This document shows, piece by piece, positions 1 through 10,735 of a stretch of 64,000 bases of DNA. Numbering within the stretch: the stretch's first letter is position 1; each line of letters starts with the position of its first letter. The stretch lies in NCBI RefSeq assembly GCF_057098645.1, contig NZ_CM169472.1; one strand, 5' to 3'. Made by a program: the position numbers and the translations under genes. Below the pieces are notes generated by a model. The model made no database searches. It saw nothing but the letters and a program-made list of their open reading frames with translations, and was not told the DNA's origin.

Positions 1-780
1 GTAAAAGCCTCTTTTGCATTACAGGGCGCACACCTTCTCTCGTGGAAACCTGCGGGTGAAGAAGAAGTTCTGTGGTTGAGCAACAACACACCGTTCAAAA
101 ATGGCATCGCTATTCGCGGTGGCGTACCGGTTTGCTGGCCGTGGTTTGGTCCGGCGGCACAACAAGGCCTGCCTGCGCACGGTTTTGCCCGCAACCTGCC
201 GTGGACGCTGAAATCACATCGTGAAGATGCTGATGGCGTAGCGCTGACTTTTGAATTGACACAAAGCGAAGAGACGAAAAAATTCTGGCCGCACGACTTT
301 ACGCTGTTAGCGCATTTCCGCGTGGGTAAAACCTGTGAAATCGATCTTGAAGCACACGGCGAATTTGAAACCACCTCTGCCCTGCATACCTACTTTAACG
401 TGGGTGATATCGCTAAGGTAAGCGTCAGTGGGCTGGGCGATCGCTTCATTGATAAAGTAAATGACGCGAAAGAAGATGTACTGACCGACGGTATTCAGAC
501 CTTCCCTGACCGTACCGATCGCGTGTATCTGAATCCGCAAGATTGCAGCGTGATTAATGATGAAGCGCTGAATCGTATTATCGCCGTAGGCCACCAGCAT
601 CATCTGAACGTTGTAGGCTGGAACCCGGGACCGGCGCTTTCAGTTAGCATGGGCGATATGCCGGATGATGGCTACAAAACATTTGTTTGTGTAGAAACGG
701 CTTACGCTTCAGAAACGCAAAAAGTGACCAAAGAGAAACCTGCACATCTGGCGCAATCCATTCGCGTTGCGAAACGTTAA
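1..780 (+). CDS. yeaD: Glucose-6-phosphate 1-epimerase-like protein YeaD, 5' end outside window
   Basis: Frame is open from base 1 with no stop; ORF track 76..780 is the internal Met; product recognised as YeaD. Confidence 0.85.
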   Translation, partial: VKASFALQGAHLLSWKPAGEEEVLWLSNNTPFKNGIAIRGGVPVCWPWFGPAAQQGLPAHGFARNLPWTLKSHREDADGVALTFELTQSEETKKFWPHDFTLLAHFRVGKTCEIDLEAHGEFETTSALHTYFNVGDIAKVSVSGLGDRFIDKVNDAKEDVLTDGIQTFPDRTDRVYLNPQDCSVINDEALNRIIAVGHQHHLNVVGWNPGPALSVSMGDMPDDGYKTFVCVETAYASETQKVTKEKPAHLAQSIRVAKR

Positions 781-789
781 TTTGCGTTA

Positions 790-826
790 ATGTTGTGTGC
801 CGGGTGCGATGCATCCGGCACGTATC
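790..826. terminator. Palindromic stem-loop between convergent yeaD and yeaE, likely bidirectional terminator or REP-like element
   Basis: GTGCCGG...CCGGCAC inverted repeat directly after the yeaD stop; no strong T-run. Confidence 0.35.
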
Positions 827-830
827 AACA

Positions 831-1144
831 TCACACCATATCCAGCGCAGTTTTTCCTTTTGGTGCCGGATACGCTTTGTCCAGCATGGCTAATTCCGCT
901 GACGAAAGTTCGACCTCAAGCACAGCCGCATTCTGTTGGACATGGGCAATCGTGGCCGCTTTTGGAATCGCCATCACACCCTGATGGCTGATTACCCACG
1001 CCAACAATACTTGTGCCGCGCTGATATTGTGAGCATGTGCAATTTCGTTGACTACCGCGTTTTTTAACAGTCCATTGCGCAACCGCCCGGCCTGGGCTAA
1101 CGGACTGTAAGCCATCACCGGCATCTGCTGTTGCTGGCACCAGG
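831..1144 (-). pseudogene. yeaE: yeaE 3' fragment (aldo-keto reductase), separated from its 5' part by the IS insertion
   Basis: ORF 831..1217 matches the YeaE C-terminus from WCQQQQMPVMAYS onward; the upstream part of that ORF reads into IS sequence. Confidence 0.85.
1138..1144. repeat. Target-site duplication CACCAGG, left copy
   Basis: The same 7-mer flanks both IS ends (1138..1144 and 3785..3791); the reconstructed yeaE reading frame needs only one copy. Confidence 0.75.
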
Positions 1145-1346
1145 TGCAAAATGGCATCTGAATCGATCGCAGTTTGGCATTCGAATCGATCATGATTTGG
1201 CATCCATCTCCGATCACAGTTTGGCATCACAATCGATCACGATTTGGCATGCTTCCGATCATTGATTGGCATCCTGCCAGTCACTCCGGGAATTAACTCT
1301 TTTCACCACAGTCTCCATTGCCGTGTTTAAACCAGTGGAGACGTCA

Positions 1347-2912
1347 ATGTCCAGAAAGAGAAAATCCAGGAGCACTATGGAAACCTGTTTTAAGATCCTT
1401 CAGCTCAAGTTCGACAAGAAGCTGACTAACCGTTGTATCGGACTGACGTTACACATCAGCGCCTCAACCGTTTTTGAGGTTCTTGCCCGCTTCAAAGCCT
1501 CTTCTCTGTCATGGCCATTACCTGCTGATATATCCCATGACACGCTGGAGAAACTCATTTTTCCGCCCAAAGACACCTTTGCATCAGAGCTTGTAATGCC
1601 TGACATGTTGTACTTCGATACGGAAATGAGAAAACCAGGTGTGACGCGGCAACTGTTGTGGATGGAATACAAGGCACAGGCGGGTAACAAAGCGATGGGA
1701 TACTCGCACTTCTGCCGTTGCTACCGGGAGTGGAAAAAAACGCGACGTCTCTCCATGCGCCAGGAGCATCGTGCCGGCGAAAAGCTTTTTATCGACTTCT
1801 GTGGTCCTACGGTTCCTGTTATTAATCCGGACACCGGTGAGATACGCCGCGTGGCAATCTTCGTGGCCGTAATGGGGGCGTCCAACTATACCTACGTTGA
1901 AGCGTGCGAAGGTCAGGACATGATGTCATGGTTAAATGCCCACAGCCGTTGCCTGACCTTCCTGGGCGGCGTACCGAAGCTGCTCATCCCCGATAACCTC
2001 AGAAGCGCAGTGAAAAAGGCCGATCGATATGAGCCTGTCATCAACGACAGTTATCAGGCACTGGCTGAGCACTATGGCACGGTTATCATCCCGGCCCGAC
2101 CACGCAAACCTAAAGATAAACCAAAAGCAGAAAACGGCGTCCTCATCGTTGAACGATGGCTTCTTGCCCGCATCCGTAATGAAACCTTCCACACGCTCAG
2201 GGCGCTGAATGCGCGCCTTAGGGAGTTACTGACAGACATGAATAACCGGCCAATGAAGGGGTACGGCAATCAAACCCGTGCAGAACGCTTCCGCATACTG
2301 GATGCGCCAGCACTCTCTCCGCTGCCTCTGGCACCTTATGAATACACGGAATACAAAGCTGTGAAGGTTGGCCCTGACTACCACGTTGAATATGCCCGTC
2401 ACTGGTACTCCGTTCCACACGAACTGGTCGGTCAGCGTCTGTCACTGAAGGCGGGGCAGTCGGTGGTACAGCTCTGGCACAAGGGGCAGTGTGTGGCGCA
2501 ACATCCGCGCAGCACACATGAATATAAACACACAACCAATCCGCTTCACATGCCAGAGCGCCACCGGCAGCACGGGACATGGACACCGGAACGCCTGATC
2601 GAGCAGGGAAAACGTACGGGCCCGTCCACAGGCCGGGTGGTTGAATCCATGCTGAAGGCAAAACCCCATCCGGAACTGGCTTATCGTGCAGTTCTGGGGC
2701 TGCTGGCACTTCAGAAAAAATACGGCCCGGAACGGCTGGAAAAGGCCTGTTACGTTGCCCTGCACTATAACGCCCCTGACAGACGCTTTATCGACAATCT
2801 GCTGCGTCACCATCGGGAGAACCTGGAGCTTCCATTATCCCGCCAGGGCGAACAACATCCGGCATATGCTTCAGAGCATGAAAACCTGCGTGGTCCGGGC
2901 TACTACCACTGA
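1347..2912 (+). CDS. istA: IS21-family transposase IstA (521 aa)
   Basis: ORF 1266..2912; preferred start ATG 1347 (MSRKRKS) preceded by GGAG; the longer ORF-track start lies inside the terminal repeats; family assignment rests on the two-gene layout and repeat architecture. Confidence 0.8.
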   Translation: MSRKRKSRSTMETCFKILQLKFDKKLTNRCIGLTLHISASTVFEVLARFKASSLSWPLPADISHDTLEKLIFPPKDTFASELVMPDMLYFDTEMRKPGVTRQLLWMEYKAQAGNKAMGYSHFCRCYREWKKTRRLSMRQEHRAGEKLFIDFCGPTVPVINPDTGEIRRVAIFVAVMGASNYTYVEACEGQDMMSWLNAHSRCLTFLGGVPKLLIPDNLRSAVKKADRYEPVINDSYQALAEHYGTVIIPARPRKPKDKPKAENGVLIVERWLLARIRNETFHTLRALNARLRELLTDMNNRPMKGYGNQTRAERFRILDAPALSPLPLAPYEYTEYKAVKVGPDYHVEYARHWYSVPHELVGQRLSLKAGQSVVQLWHKGQCVAQHPRSTHEYKHTTNPLHMPERHRQHGTWTPERLIEQGKRTGPSTGRVVESMLKAKPHPELAYRAVLGLLALQKKYGPERLEKACYVALHYNAPDRRFIDNLLRHHRENLELPLSRQGEQHPAYASEHENLRGPGYYH

Positions 2913-2928
2913 CAGAAGGAACAACAGT

Positions 2929-3684
2929 ATGAGTGATAACCTGTTAAACAAACTGACCCAACTGAAACTCCCGGCGATGGCCGGGAGCCTGATACGGCAG
3001 CGGGAAACGCCTCAGACCTACGACGAACTGTCGTTCGAGGAAAGGCTGACGCTGCTGGTTGATGACGAGCTTCTGAGCAGGGAAAACAGCCGTGTGGCAC
3101 GGTTGAGAAAAAATGCCGGCCTGAAATACCAGGCAACACCGGAAGGGCTGCGCTATCCGGCCTCAAGAGGTCTGCGGGCTGAACAGATGAGAGAACTGCT
3201 GAACGGCCACTACATAACCCACAGGAAAAACCTGCTGATAACCGGTCCGACAGGATGTGGCAAGAGCTGGATAGCCAATGCGCTGGGCGAACAGGCATGT
3301 CGACAGAAACACAGCGTCCGGTACTGTAGAACCGGGCGATTACTGGAACAACTGGCTCAGGGACGTGTTGATGGCAGCTGGCTGAAATATCTGAAACAGT
3401 TGCAAAAAATACAGGTTCTAATCCTGGACGATCTGGGGCTGGAACAGTTAAGTAACGCCCAGTGTAATGACCTTCTGGAGCTCATAGAGGATCGTTACGG
3501 ACAAAGCAGCACGATAGTGGTAAGCCAGTTCCCGGTAGATAAATGGCATGGTCTGATGGAGAACCCAACAACAGCAGATGCCATCCTGGACAGACTGGTA
3601 CATAACTCACACCGAGTGGTCCTTCAGGGAGAGTCACTGAGGAAAAATCCCCCGGTAGTGGAAAGCAGCGAAAAAACGCGTTAA
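2929..3684 (+). CDS. istB: IS21-family helper ATPase IstB (251 aa)
   Basis: Walker A GPTGCGKSW and DExx-like LILDDLG motifs; ATG 2929 preceded by AAGGA, 16 nt after the istA stop; ORF-track upstream extension overlaps istA and is not used. Confidence 0.85.
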   Translation: MSDNLLNKLTQLKLPAMAGSLIRQRETPQTYDELSFEERLTLLVDDELLSRENSRVARLRKNAGLKYQATPEGLRYPASRGLRAEQMRELLNGHYITHRKNLLITGPTGCGKSWIANALGEQACRQKHSVRYCRTGRLLEQLAQGRVDGSWLKYLKQLQKIQVLILDDLGLEQLSNAQCNDLLELIEDRYGQSSTIVVSQFPVDKWHGLMENPTTADAILDRLVHNSHRVVLQGESLRKNPPVVESSEKTR

Positions 3685-3784
3685 AAAGCGGTAGAAAAAG
3701 TTAAGTTCCCGGTTGATCGAATGGATGCGAATCGCTGATCGGACTTCGATGCCAATCCGTGATCGAATAGAGCGGAATACGCAC

Positions 3785-3791
3785 ACCAGGG
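3785..3791. repeat. Target-site duplication CACCAGG, right copy
   Basis: Identical to 1138..1144. Confidence 0.75.
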
Positions 3792-4331
3792 GAGTAGATC
3801 GTACTCAATCCCTCGTGAACCGAGATGGTAAAGCACCTGATTAGTGGCACACTGATTTCCCCCCGGCAGCTGCCAGAGTTCCTGCATATCAGCATAATCA
3901 AGGTTAGAAACGCCCCAGCGGCGGATTTTTCCCTGGGCGATCAATTTTTCCATCGCTGCGACAGTCTCTTCAAAAGCGAAACGGCCAGACCAGTGTAATA
4001 AGTAGAGATCGAGATAATCAGTATTGAGACGGCGTAAACTGGCTTCGCATGCATTTATCGCTTTTTGCCCGCCAGCATTCCACGGATAGACTTTAGAGAC
4101 GAGAAAGACGTTATCGCGCAGACCGGTTAATGCTTCCCCAACCACCTTTTCGGCACCGCCATCGGCATACATTTCGGCGGTATCAATGAGGGTTAAACCG
4201 AGCTCAATGCCCGCGCGTAGTGCAGCAACTTCTGTTTTGCGCTGACTGGCATCTTCGCCCATATACCATGTTCCCTGCCCTATGGCTGGCAGTGAGACAT
4301 CGCCACTAAATTGAATCATTTTTTGTTGCAT
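3785..4331 (-). pseudogene. yeaE: yeaE 5' fragment (aldo-keto reductase N-terminal about 182 codons)
   Basis: ORF 3681..4331 matches YeaE from MQQKMIQFSG to LLPWC, then continues into IS-derived sequence. Confidence 0.85.
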
Positions 4332-4364
4332 TGTTTCCTCCCAGGTATTGCACCACCGTAATGC

Positions 4365-4390
4365 AAAACAGGGCGTGACGCCCTGTTTTT
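4365..4390. terminator. Stem-loop with flanking A/T runs downstream of mipA
   Basis: AAAACAGGGCGTGACGCCCTGTTTTT. Confidence 0.55.
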
Positions 4391-4420
4391 ATGCACAAAA
4401 TGCCCTGGAAAGATGCATTA

Positions 4421-5167
4421 TCAGAATTTGTAGGTGATCCCGGTAGAAATCAGGCCAGTCCAGGATTTATCCACCATCGGGCTGTCAGTAACTTCATCAG
4501 ACAGACGGGTGTAGCGCGCGGTACCGTAAACACTCCAGTCGCCGAGGAAGTTGTAGCTGGCGCTCAGCTCCAGGTAAGGGCTCCAGCTGTCGTTCGGGTT
4601 ATAGCCACGCAGACCGCTGCGAGCGGACTCTTTGCGCGATACGCCATAATAGTATTCGTTCTGGTTTTCGCTGTTCCACTGCACACCAATACCCGGAGTC
4701 ACGGTCAGGCCACCGTTGGTGTAACGATACAACCAGGCCATATCCCAGACGATGCCGTTGCTGTTATCCAGGGTATCGCCAGCCAGGGTGGTACGCAGGT
4801 AACCGTACTGGGTAAAGTGAGCATAAGACAGACCAGCCATCATGGTGCTCTTACGGTCATCCAGGTGACGCATTTGGTGATCGCCACTGTCTTTAGCTTT
4901 GAAGTAAAGCGGCGACCAGTAAGCGGTAATTGAAAGTTTATCCGTTGCGTCATTCCACAGGTAGTAACCACCACCTAAGCCACGGAACCAGAAGTTATCG
5001 CCTTCATAGTTGATTACCGGTACTGGGTAAACATCGGTATCGTAATCTTTATATGGGTGTTCAACGACACCTACGCCTGCGCCCAGGGAAAATTTACCTT
5101 CAGCGTGCGCTACGCCTGCAGACGTTGCGATAAGCACTCCAAGTGCCAGAAGTTTGAGTTTGGTCAC
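4421..5167 (-). CDS. mipA: MltA-interacting outer-membrane protein MipA
   Basis: 248-aa ORF with signal peptide and beta-barrel-like sequence; recognised as MipA. Confidence 0.9.
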   Translation of the reverse strand: MTKLKLLALGVLIATSAGVAHAEGKFSLGAGVGVVEHPYKDYDTDVYPVPVINYEGDNFWFRGLGGGYYLWNDATDKLSITAYWSPLYFKAKDSGDHQMRHLDDRKSTMMAGLSYAHFTQYGYLRTTLAGDTLDNSNGIVWDMAWLYRYTNGGLTVTPGIGVQWNSENQNEYYYGVSRKESARSGLRGYNPNDSWSPYLELSASYNFLGDWSVYGTARYTRLSDEVTDSPMVDKSWTGLISTGITYKF

Positions 5168-5483
5168 AATTAATCATTCCTTAAACAAATGTTTAGCGGG
5201 CGACAAAGTTTACCCGTCAATACATCGAAACCCAACCTTTTTACGTTTTCATTTTTTAAAGTAACTGTTTAATTTTCCTGACGCGGATGACACCGCGCTT
5301 ACAGCCAAATGAATTTAGCGTTACTGGCGAGCCTGGTCTTTACATTAATTATGCAAAATTTATGGATGAGTTGTTGATATGCCATTGAAATTAAGAAAGC
5401 CGTGTAGGCAAGTTTTCCATTTGCCATCTACGCTTAATTTTGAAGGTGTATCACCGGGCACGTTGTTCTCATCGTCGATAAAA

Positions 5484-5499
5484 TGGCATGAGAGTTGCT
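5484..5499 (+). promoter_or_regulatory. Candidate sigma-54 promoter (-24 TGGCAT / -12 TTGCT) upstream of yeaG
   Basis: TGGCATgagagTTGCT about 105 nt upstream of the yeaG ATG; matches the GG-N10-GC spacing. Confidence 0.4.
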
Positions 5500-5602
5500 G
5501 TGTTTTAGCAAGAGACGTCGTTCAGTTTACCTCTTCCGGGAGCCTCTACTATTCATATGAACGGCTCTTAACCTGTGCTAAAAAACGAAAGGACGGCATA
5601 CC

Positions 5603-7537
5603 ATGAATATATTCGATCACTATCGCCAGCGATATGAAGCTGCCAAGGACGAAGAGTTCACACTGCAGGAGTTTCTTACCACTTGTCGGCAAGATCGCAG
5701 TGCTTATGCCAACGCGGCTGAGCGGCTATTGATGGCTATCGGTGAGCCTGTCATGGTCGATACAGCCCAGGAACCCAGACTTTCTCGACTCTTTTCTAAC
5801 CGGGTCATTGCACGTTATCCGGCGTTTGAAGAGTTTTACGGCATGGAAGACGCGATTGAACAGATTGTCTCTTATCTGAAACACGCGGCTCAGGGGCTGG
5901 AAGAGAAGAAACAAATCCTGTATCTGCTGGGGCCTGTGGGTGGGGGTAAATCATCGCTTGCTGAGCGACTGAAATCATTAATGCAGCTCGTACCGATTTA
6001 TGTATTGAGCGCCAACGGTGAGCGTAGCCCGGTCAACGATCATCCGTTCTGTCTTTTCAATCCGCAGGAAGATGCGCAGATTCTGGAAAAAGAGTATGGC
6101 ATTCCTCGCCGTTATCTCGGCACCATCATGTCGCCGTGGGCGGCAAAACGTCTGCATGAATTTGGTGGCGATATTACTAAGTTCCGGGTAGTGAAGGTCT
6201 GGCCGTCCATTCTGCAACAAATTGCTATCGCCAAAACAGAGCCCGGTGATGAGAACAACCAGGACATCTCCGCGCTGGTAGGGAAAGTCGATATTCGTAA
6301 ACTCGAACACTACGCGCAGAATGACCCAGACGCCTATGGCTATTCCGGCGCACTGTGCCGCGCCAACCAGGGGATCATGGAATTCGTTGAGATGTTTAAA
6401 GCACCGATTAAAGTGCTGCATCCCTTGTTAACCGCCACTCAGGAAGGTAACTACAACGGGACGGAAGGTATCTCCGCCCTGCCGTTCAACGGGATTATTC
6501 TTGCCCACTCGAACGAGTCCGAATGGGTCACTTTCCGTAATAACAAAAACAACGAAGCCTTCCTCGATCGTGTTTACATCGTGAAGGTGCCGTATTGCTT
6601 GCGCATTTCCGAAGAGATCAAAATCTACGAGAAATTGCTTAATCACAGTGAATTGACTCACGCCCCATGCGCCCCTGGCACGCTCGAAACACTGTCACGT
6701 TTTTCCATTCTTTCGCGCCTGAAAGAGCCAGAAAACTCCAGCATTTATTCAAAGATGCGGGTTTATGATGGCGAAAGTCTGAAAGACACCGATCCCAAAG
6801 CCAAGTCGTATCAGGAATATCGTGACTACGCCGGTGTCGATGAAGGGATGAACGGTCTGTCGACGCGTTTTGCGTTTAAGATCCTCTCCCGCGTGTTCAA
6901 CTTCGATCATGTAGAAGTGGCGGCAAACCCGGTCCATCTGTTCTACGTCCTGGAACAGCAGATCGAGCGCGAGCAGTTCCCACAAGAGCAGGCAGAACGC
7001 TATCTGGAGTTCCTGAAAGGTTATCTGATCCCGAAATATGCCGAGTTTATTGGCAAAGAGATCCAGACGGCCTACCTTGAATCCTATTCCGAATATGGGC
7101 AAAACATTTTCGACCGTTATGTTACCTACGCGGATTTCTGGATTCAGGATCAGGAGTATCGCGATCCGGATACCGGGCAGCTGTTTGACCGCGAGTCTCT
7201 TAACGCCGAGCTGGAGAAAATCGAGAAACCGGCGGGGATCAGTAATCCAAAAGATTTCCGCAACGAGATTGTTAACTTCGTACTGCGCGCCAGAGCCAAT
7301 AACAGCGGACGCAATCCGAACTGGACCAGCTATGAAAAACTGCGCACGGTTATCGAGAAGAAAATGTTCTCCAATACCGAGGAGCTGTTGCCGGTTATCT
7401 CGTTTAACGCCAAAACGTCAACCGACGAGCAGAAGAAACACGACGACTTTGTCGACCGTATGATGGAAAAAGGCTACACCCGTAAACAGGTGCGTTTACT
7501 GTGCGAATGGTATTTGCGTGTACGTAAATCGTCTTAA
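5603..7537 (+). CDS. yeaG: PrkA-type serine protein kinase YeaG
   Basis: 644-aa ORF with P-loop GPVGGGKSS; recognised as YeaG. Confidence 0.9.
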   Translation: MNIFDHYRQRYEAAKDEEFTLQEFLTTCRQDRSAYANAAERLLMAIGEPVMVDTAQEPRLSRLFSNRVIARYPAFEEFYGMEDAIEQIVSYLKHAAQGLEEKKQILYLLGPVGGGKSSLAERLKSLMQLVPIYVLSANGERSPVNDHPFCLFNPQEDAQILEKEYGIPRRYLGTIMSPWAAKRLHEFGGDITKFRVVKVWPSILQQIAIAKTEPGDENNQDISALVGKVDIRKLEHYAQNDPDAYGYSGALCRANQGIMEFVEMFKAPIKVLHPLLTATQEGNYNGTEGISALPFNGIILAHSNESEWVTFRNNKNNEAFLDRVYIVKVPYCLRISEEIKIYEKLLNHSELTHAPCAPGTLETLSRFSILSRLKEPENSSIYSKMRVYDGESLKDTDPKAKSYQEYRDYAGVDEGMNGLSTRFAFKILSRVFNFDHVEVAANPVHLFYVLEQQIEREQFPQEQAERYLEFLKGYLIPKYAEFIGKEIQTAYLESYSEYGQNIFDRYVTYADFWIQDQEYRDPDTGQLFDRESLNAELEKIEKPAGISNPKDFRNEIVNFVLRARANNSGRNPNWTSYEKLRTVIEKKMFSNTEELLPVISFNAKTSTDEQKKHDDFVDRMMEKGYTRKQVRLLCEWYLRVRKSS

Positions 7538-7637
7538 CAACCCTGGCCCGGTACACATGCTACCGGGCCTACAACGACAGCGAACCGTGGGCCAGAGAAA
7601 TGGCAACACAGGCGTAGCATACAGTTGGCAAATGTAG

Positions 7638-8933
<1,296 letters not shown>

Positions 8934-8937
8934 AACT

Positions 8938-8970
8938 ATCAGCCGGGTCATTATCGCCTGGCTGATTTTT
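8938..8970 (+). terminator. Rho-independent terminator after yeaH
   Basis: ATCAGCCGGG...CCTGGCTGAT hairpin followed by TTTTT. Confidence 0.6.
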
Positions 8971-9079
8971 AGCTTACTGTAAATTATCTCATTTATTACA
9001 TACATTAGCTTACAATCGCTTTAAATATGACAGCATAACCTTTACATAATTTAGTTCCAGAAAACAATCATTCGGAAAA

Positions 9080-10555
9080 ATGATTCAGTCAACACGTATT
9101 TCCATGGGGTTATTCTTTAAATATTTTTTATCGTTAACGAAAATTGATCTTGGTCAAAACTATATATCTCTGCCATCAATAAAATCCAGCACTCACATTG
9201 TTCTCCTTTTTATGGTTTCTATGGGTACACAAAAATTAAAAGCTCAAAGCTTTTTTATTTTCAGTTTATTGCTGACGTTAATTTTATTTTGCATTACTAC
9301 CTTATATAACGAAAACACAAATGTAAAACTCATCCCACAGATGAATTACCTGATGGTTGTTGTGGCTTTGTTTTTCCTTAACGCCGTCATTTTTCTTTTC
9401 ATGTTAATGAAATATTTCACTAACAAACAAATTTTACCAACACTCATTTTAAGCCTTGCATTTTTAAGTGGCCTTATCTATTTAGTTGAAACCATTGTAA
9501 TTATCCATAAACCAATTAACGGCAGTACACTGATCCAGACAAAGTCGAATGATGTTTCTATTTTCTATATTTTCCGCCAACTCAGTTTTATTTGTTTAAC
9601 CTCGCTGGCGCTCTTTTGTTATGGCAAAGACAACATCCTGAACAATAATAAGAAAAAAACGGCAATCCTGTTGCTGGCGCTGATCCCTTTTTTATTTTTT
9701 CCCGTTCTGGCACACAATCTGAGCAGTTATAACGCTGACTATTCTTTGTATGTCGTCGATTACTGTCCTGACAACCATACTGCGACCTGGGGAATCAACT
9801 ATACAAAAATATTGGTTTGTCTGTGGGCATTTTTACTGTTCTTTATTATCATGCGTACACGATTAGCCAGCGAACTATGGCCATTAATAGCATTATTATG
9901 TCTGGCATCGCTATGCTGCAACTTACTTCTACTGACTCTGGATGAGTATAATTACACCATCTGGTACATCAGTCGCGGGATTGAAGTCTCCAGTAAACTG
10001 TTTGTTGTGTCTTTTCTGATTTATAACATTTTTCAGGAGCTGCAACTCTCCAGCAAACTGGCAGTTCATGATGTGCTGACCAATATTTATAATCGGCGCT
10101 ACTTTTTCAACAGCGTAGAGTCATTATTGTCGCGACCTGTTGTTAAGGACTTTTGTGTCATGTTGGTTGATATTAATCAGTTCAAACGCATCAATGCCCA
10201 ATGGGGACATCGTGTGGGTGATAAAGTGCTGGTATCAATTGTCGATATTATCCAGCAAAGCATCCGCCCCGATGATATTTTAGCGCGACTGGAGGGTGAG
10301 GTGTTTGGCTTGCTATTTACCGAACTCAATAGTGCCCAGGCAAAAATCATTGCGGAACGTATGCGTAAAAATGTCGAACTCCTGACCGGCTTTAGTAACA
10401 GATATGATGTTCCTGAACAAATGACCATCAGTATTGGCACTGTTTTTTCAACGGGTGACACGCGTAATATCTCGCTTGTCATGACGGAAGCAGATAAAGC
10501 CTTACGCGAAGCGAAAAGCGAGGGGGGCAACAAAGTGATTATTCATCATATTTAA
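9080..10555 (+). CDS. yeaI: Membrane GGDEF-domain protein with degenerate active-site motif (EGEVF)
   Basis: 491-aa ORF; AT-rich multi-TM N-terminus; RLEGEVFGLLF where GGDEF is expected. Confidence 0.85.
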   Translation: MIQSTRISMGLFFKYFLSLTKIDLGQNYISLPSIKSSTHIVLLFMVSMGTQKLKAQSFFIFSLLLTLILFCITTLYNENTNVKLIPQMNYLMVVVALFFLNAVIFLFMLMKYFTNKQILPTLILSLAFLSGLIYLVETIVIIHKPINGSTLIQTKSNDVSIFYIFRQLSFICLTSLALFCYGKDNILNNNKKKTAILLLALIPFLFFPVLAHNLSSYNADYSLYVVDYCPDNHTATWGINYTKILVCLWAFLLFFIIMRTRLASELWPLIALLCLASLCCNLLLLTLDEYNYTIWYISRGIEVSSKLFVVSFLIYNIFQELQLSSKLAVHDVLTNIYNRRYFFNSVESLLSRPVVKDFCVMLVDINQFKRINAQWGHRVGDKVLVSIVDIIQQSIRPDDILARLEGEVFGLLFTELNSAQAKIIAERMRKNVELLTGFSNRYDVPEQMTISIGTVFSTGDTRNISLVMTEADKALREAKSEGGNKVIIHHI

Positions 10556-10735
10556 GTGCAAAAATATTCAGAGCCATGCTTTTTGCGTGGCTTTTGCATA
10601 CAATTTATTACTATTACCCCTAAATTTCCCCTCCCCAGCGGCGCAGAGATGAGTATAATTAGCGCCCCTGTGCCAGGCCGCAATCGAACTTTATCTGGTT
10701 TTCTCGTTTCACTAACCGAAGGAGTGCCATTTATC

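Larger units (their letters stand above)
1145..3784 (+). mobile_element. IS21-family insertion sequence, 2,640 bp, carrying istA and istB only
   Basis: Ends TG...CA; six TTTGGCAT-type direct repeats at about 23-bp spacing at the left end (1145..1275) and inverted copies at the right end (3700..3784); two-gene istA-istB layout; flanked by 7-bp TSD inside yeaE. Confidence 0.85.

Noticed and set aside
1266-1346. Longer istA start at 1266 (MASCQSLREL...) from the ORF track
   Set aside because: It lies inside the IS terminal repeat array and lacks a ribosome-binding site; ATG 1347 has GGAG at the right spacing.
2218-2813. Minus-strand ORFs of 123 and 163 aa inside istA
   Set aside because: Antisense to a well-supported transposase gene; Arg/Pro-rich composition typical of GC-rich antisense frames; no ribosome-binding site.
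4391-4933. 180-aa plus-strand ORF opposite mipA
   Set aside because: Fully antisense to mipA; no ribosome-binding site; low-complexity Val/Ala-rich product.
5379-5606. 75-aa ORF upstream of yeaG
   Set aside because: Sits in the yeaG promoter/leader, has no ribosome-binding site and overlaps the candidate sigma-54 promoter; more likely non-coding.
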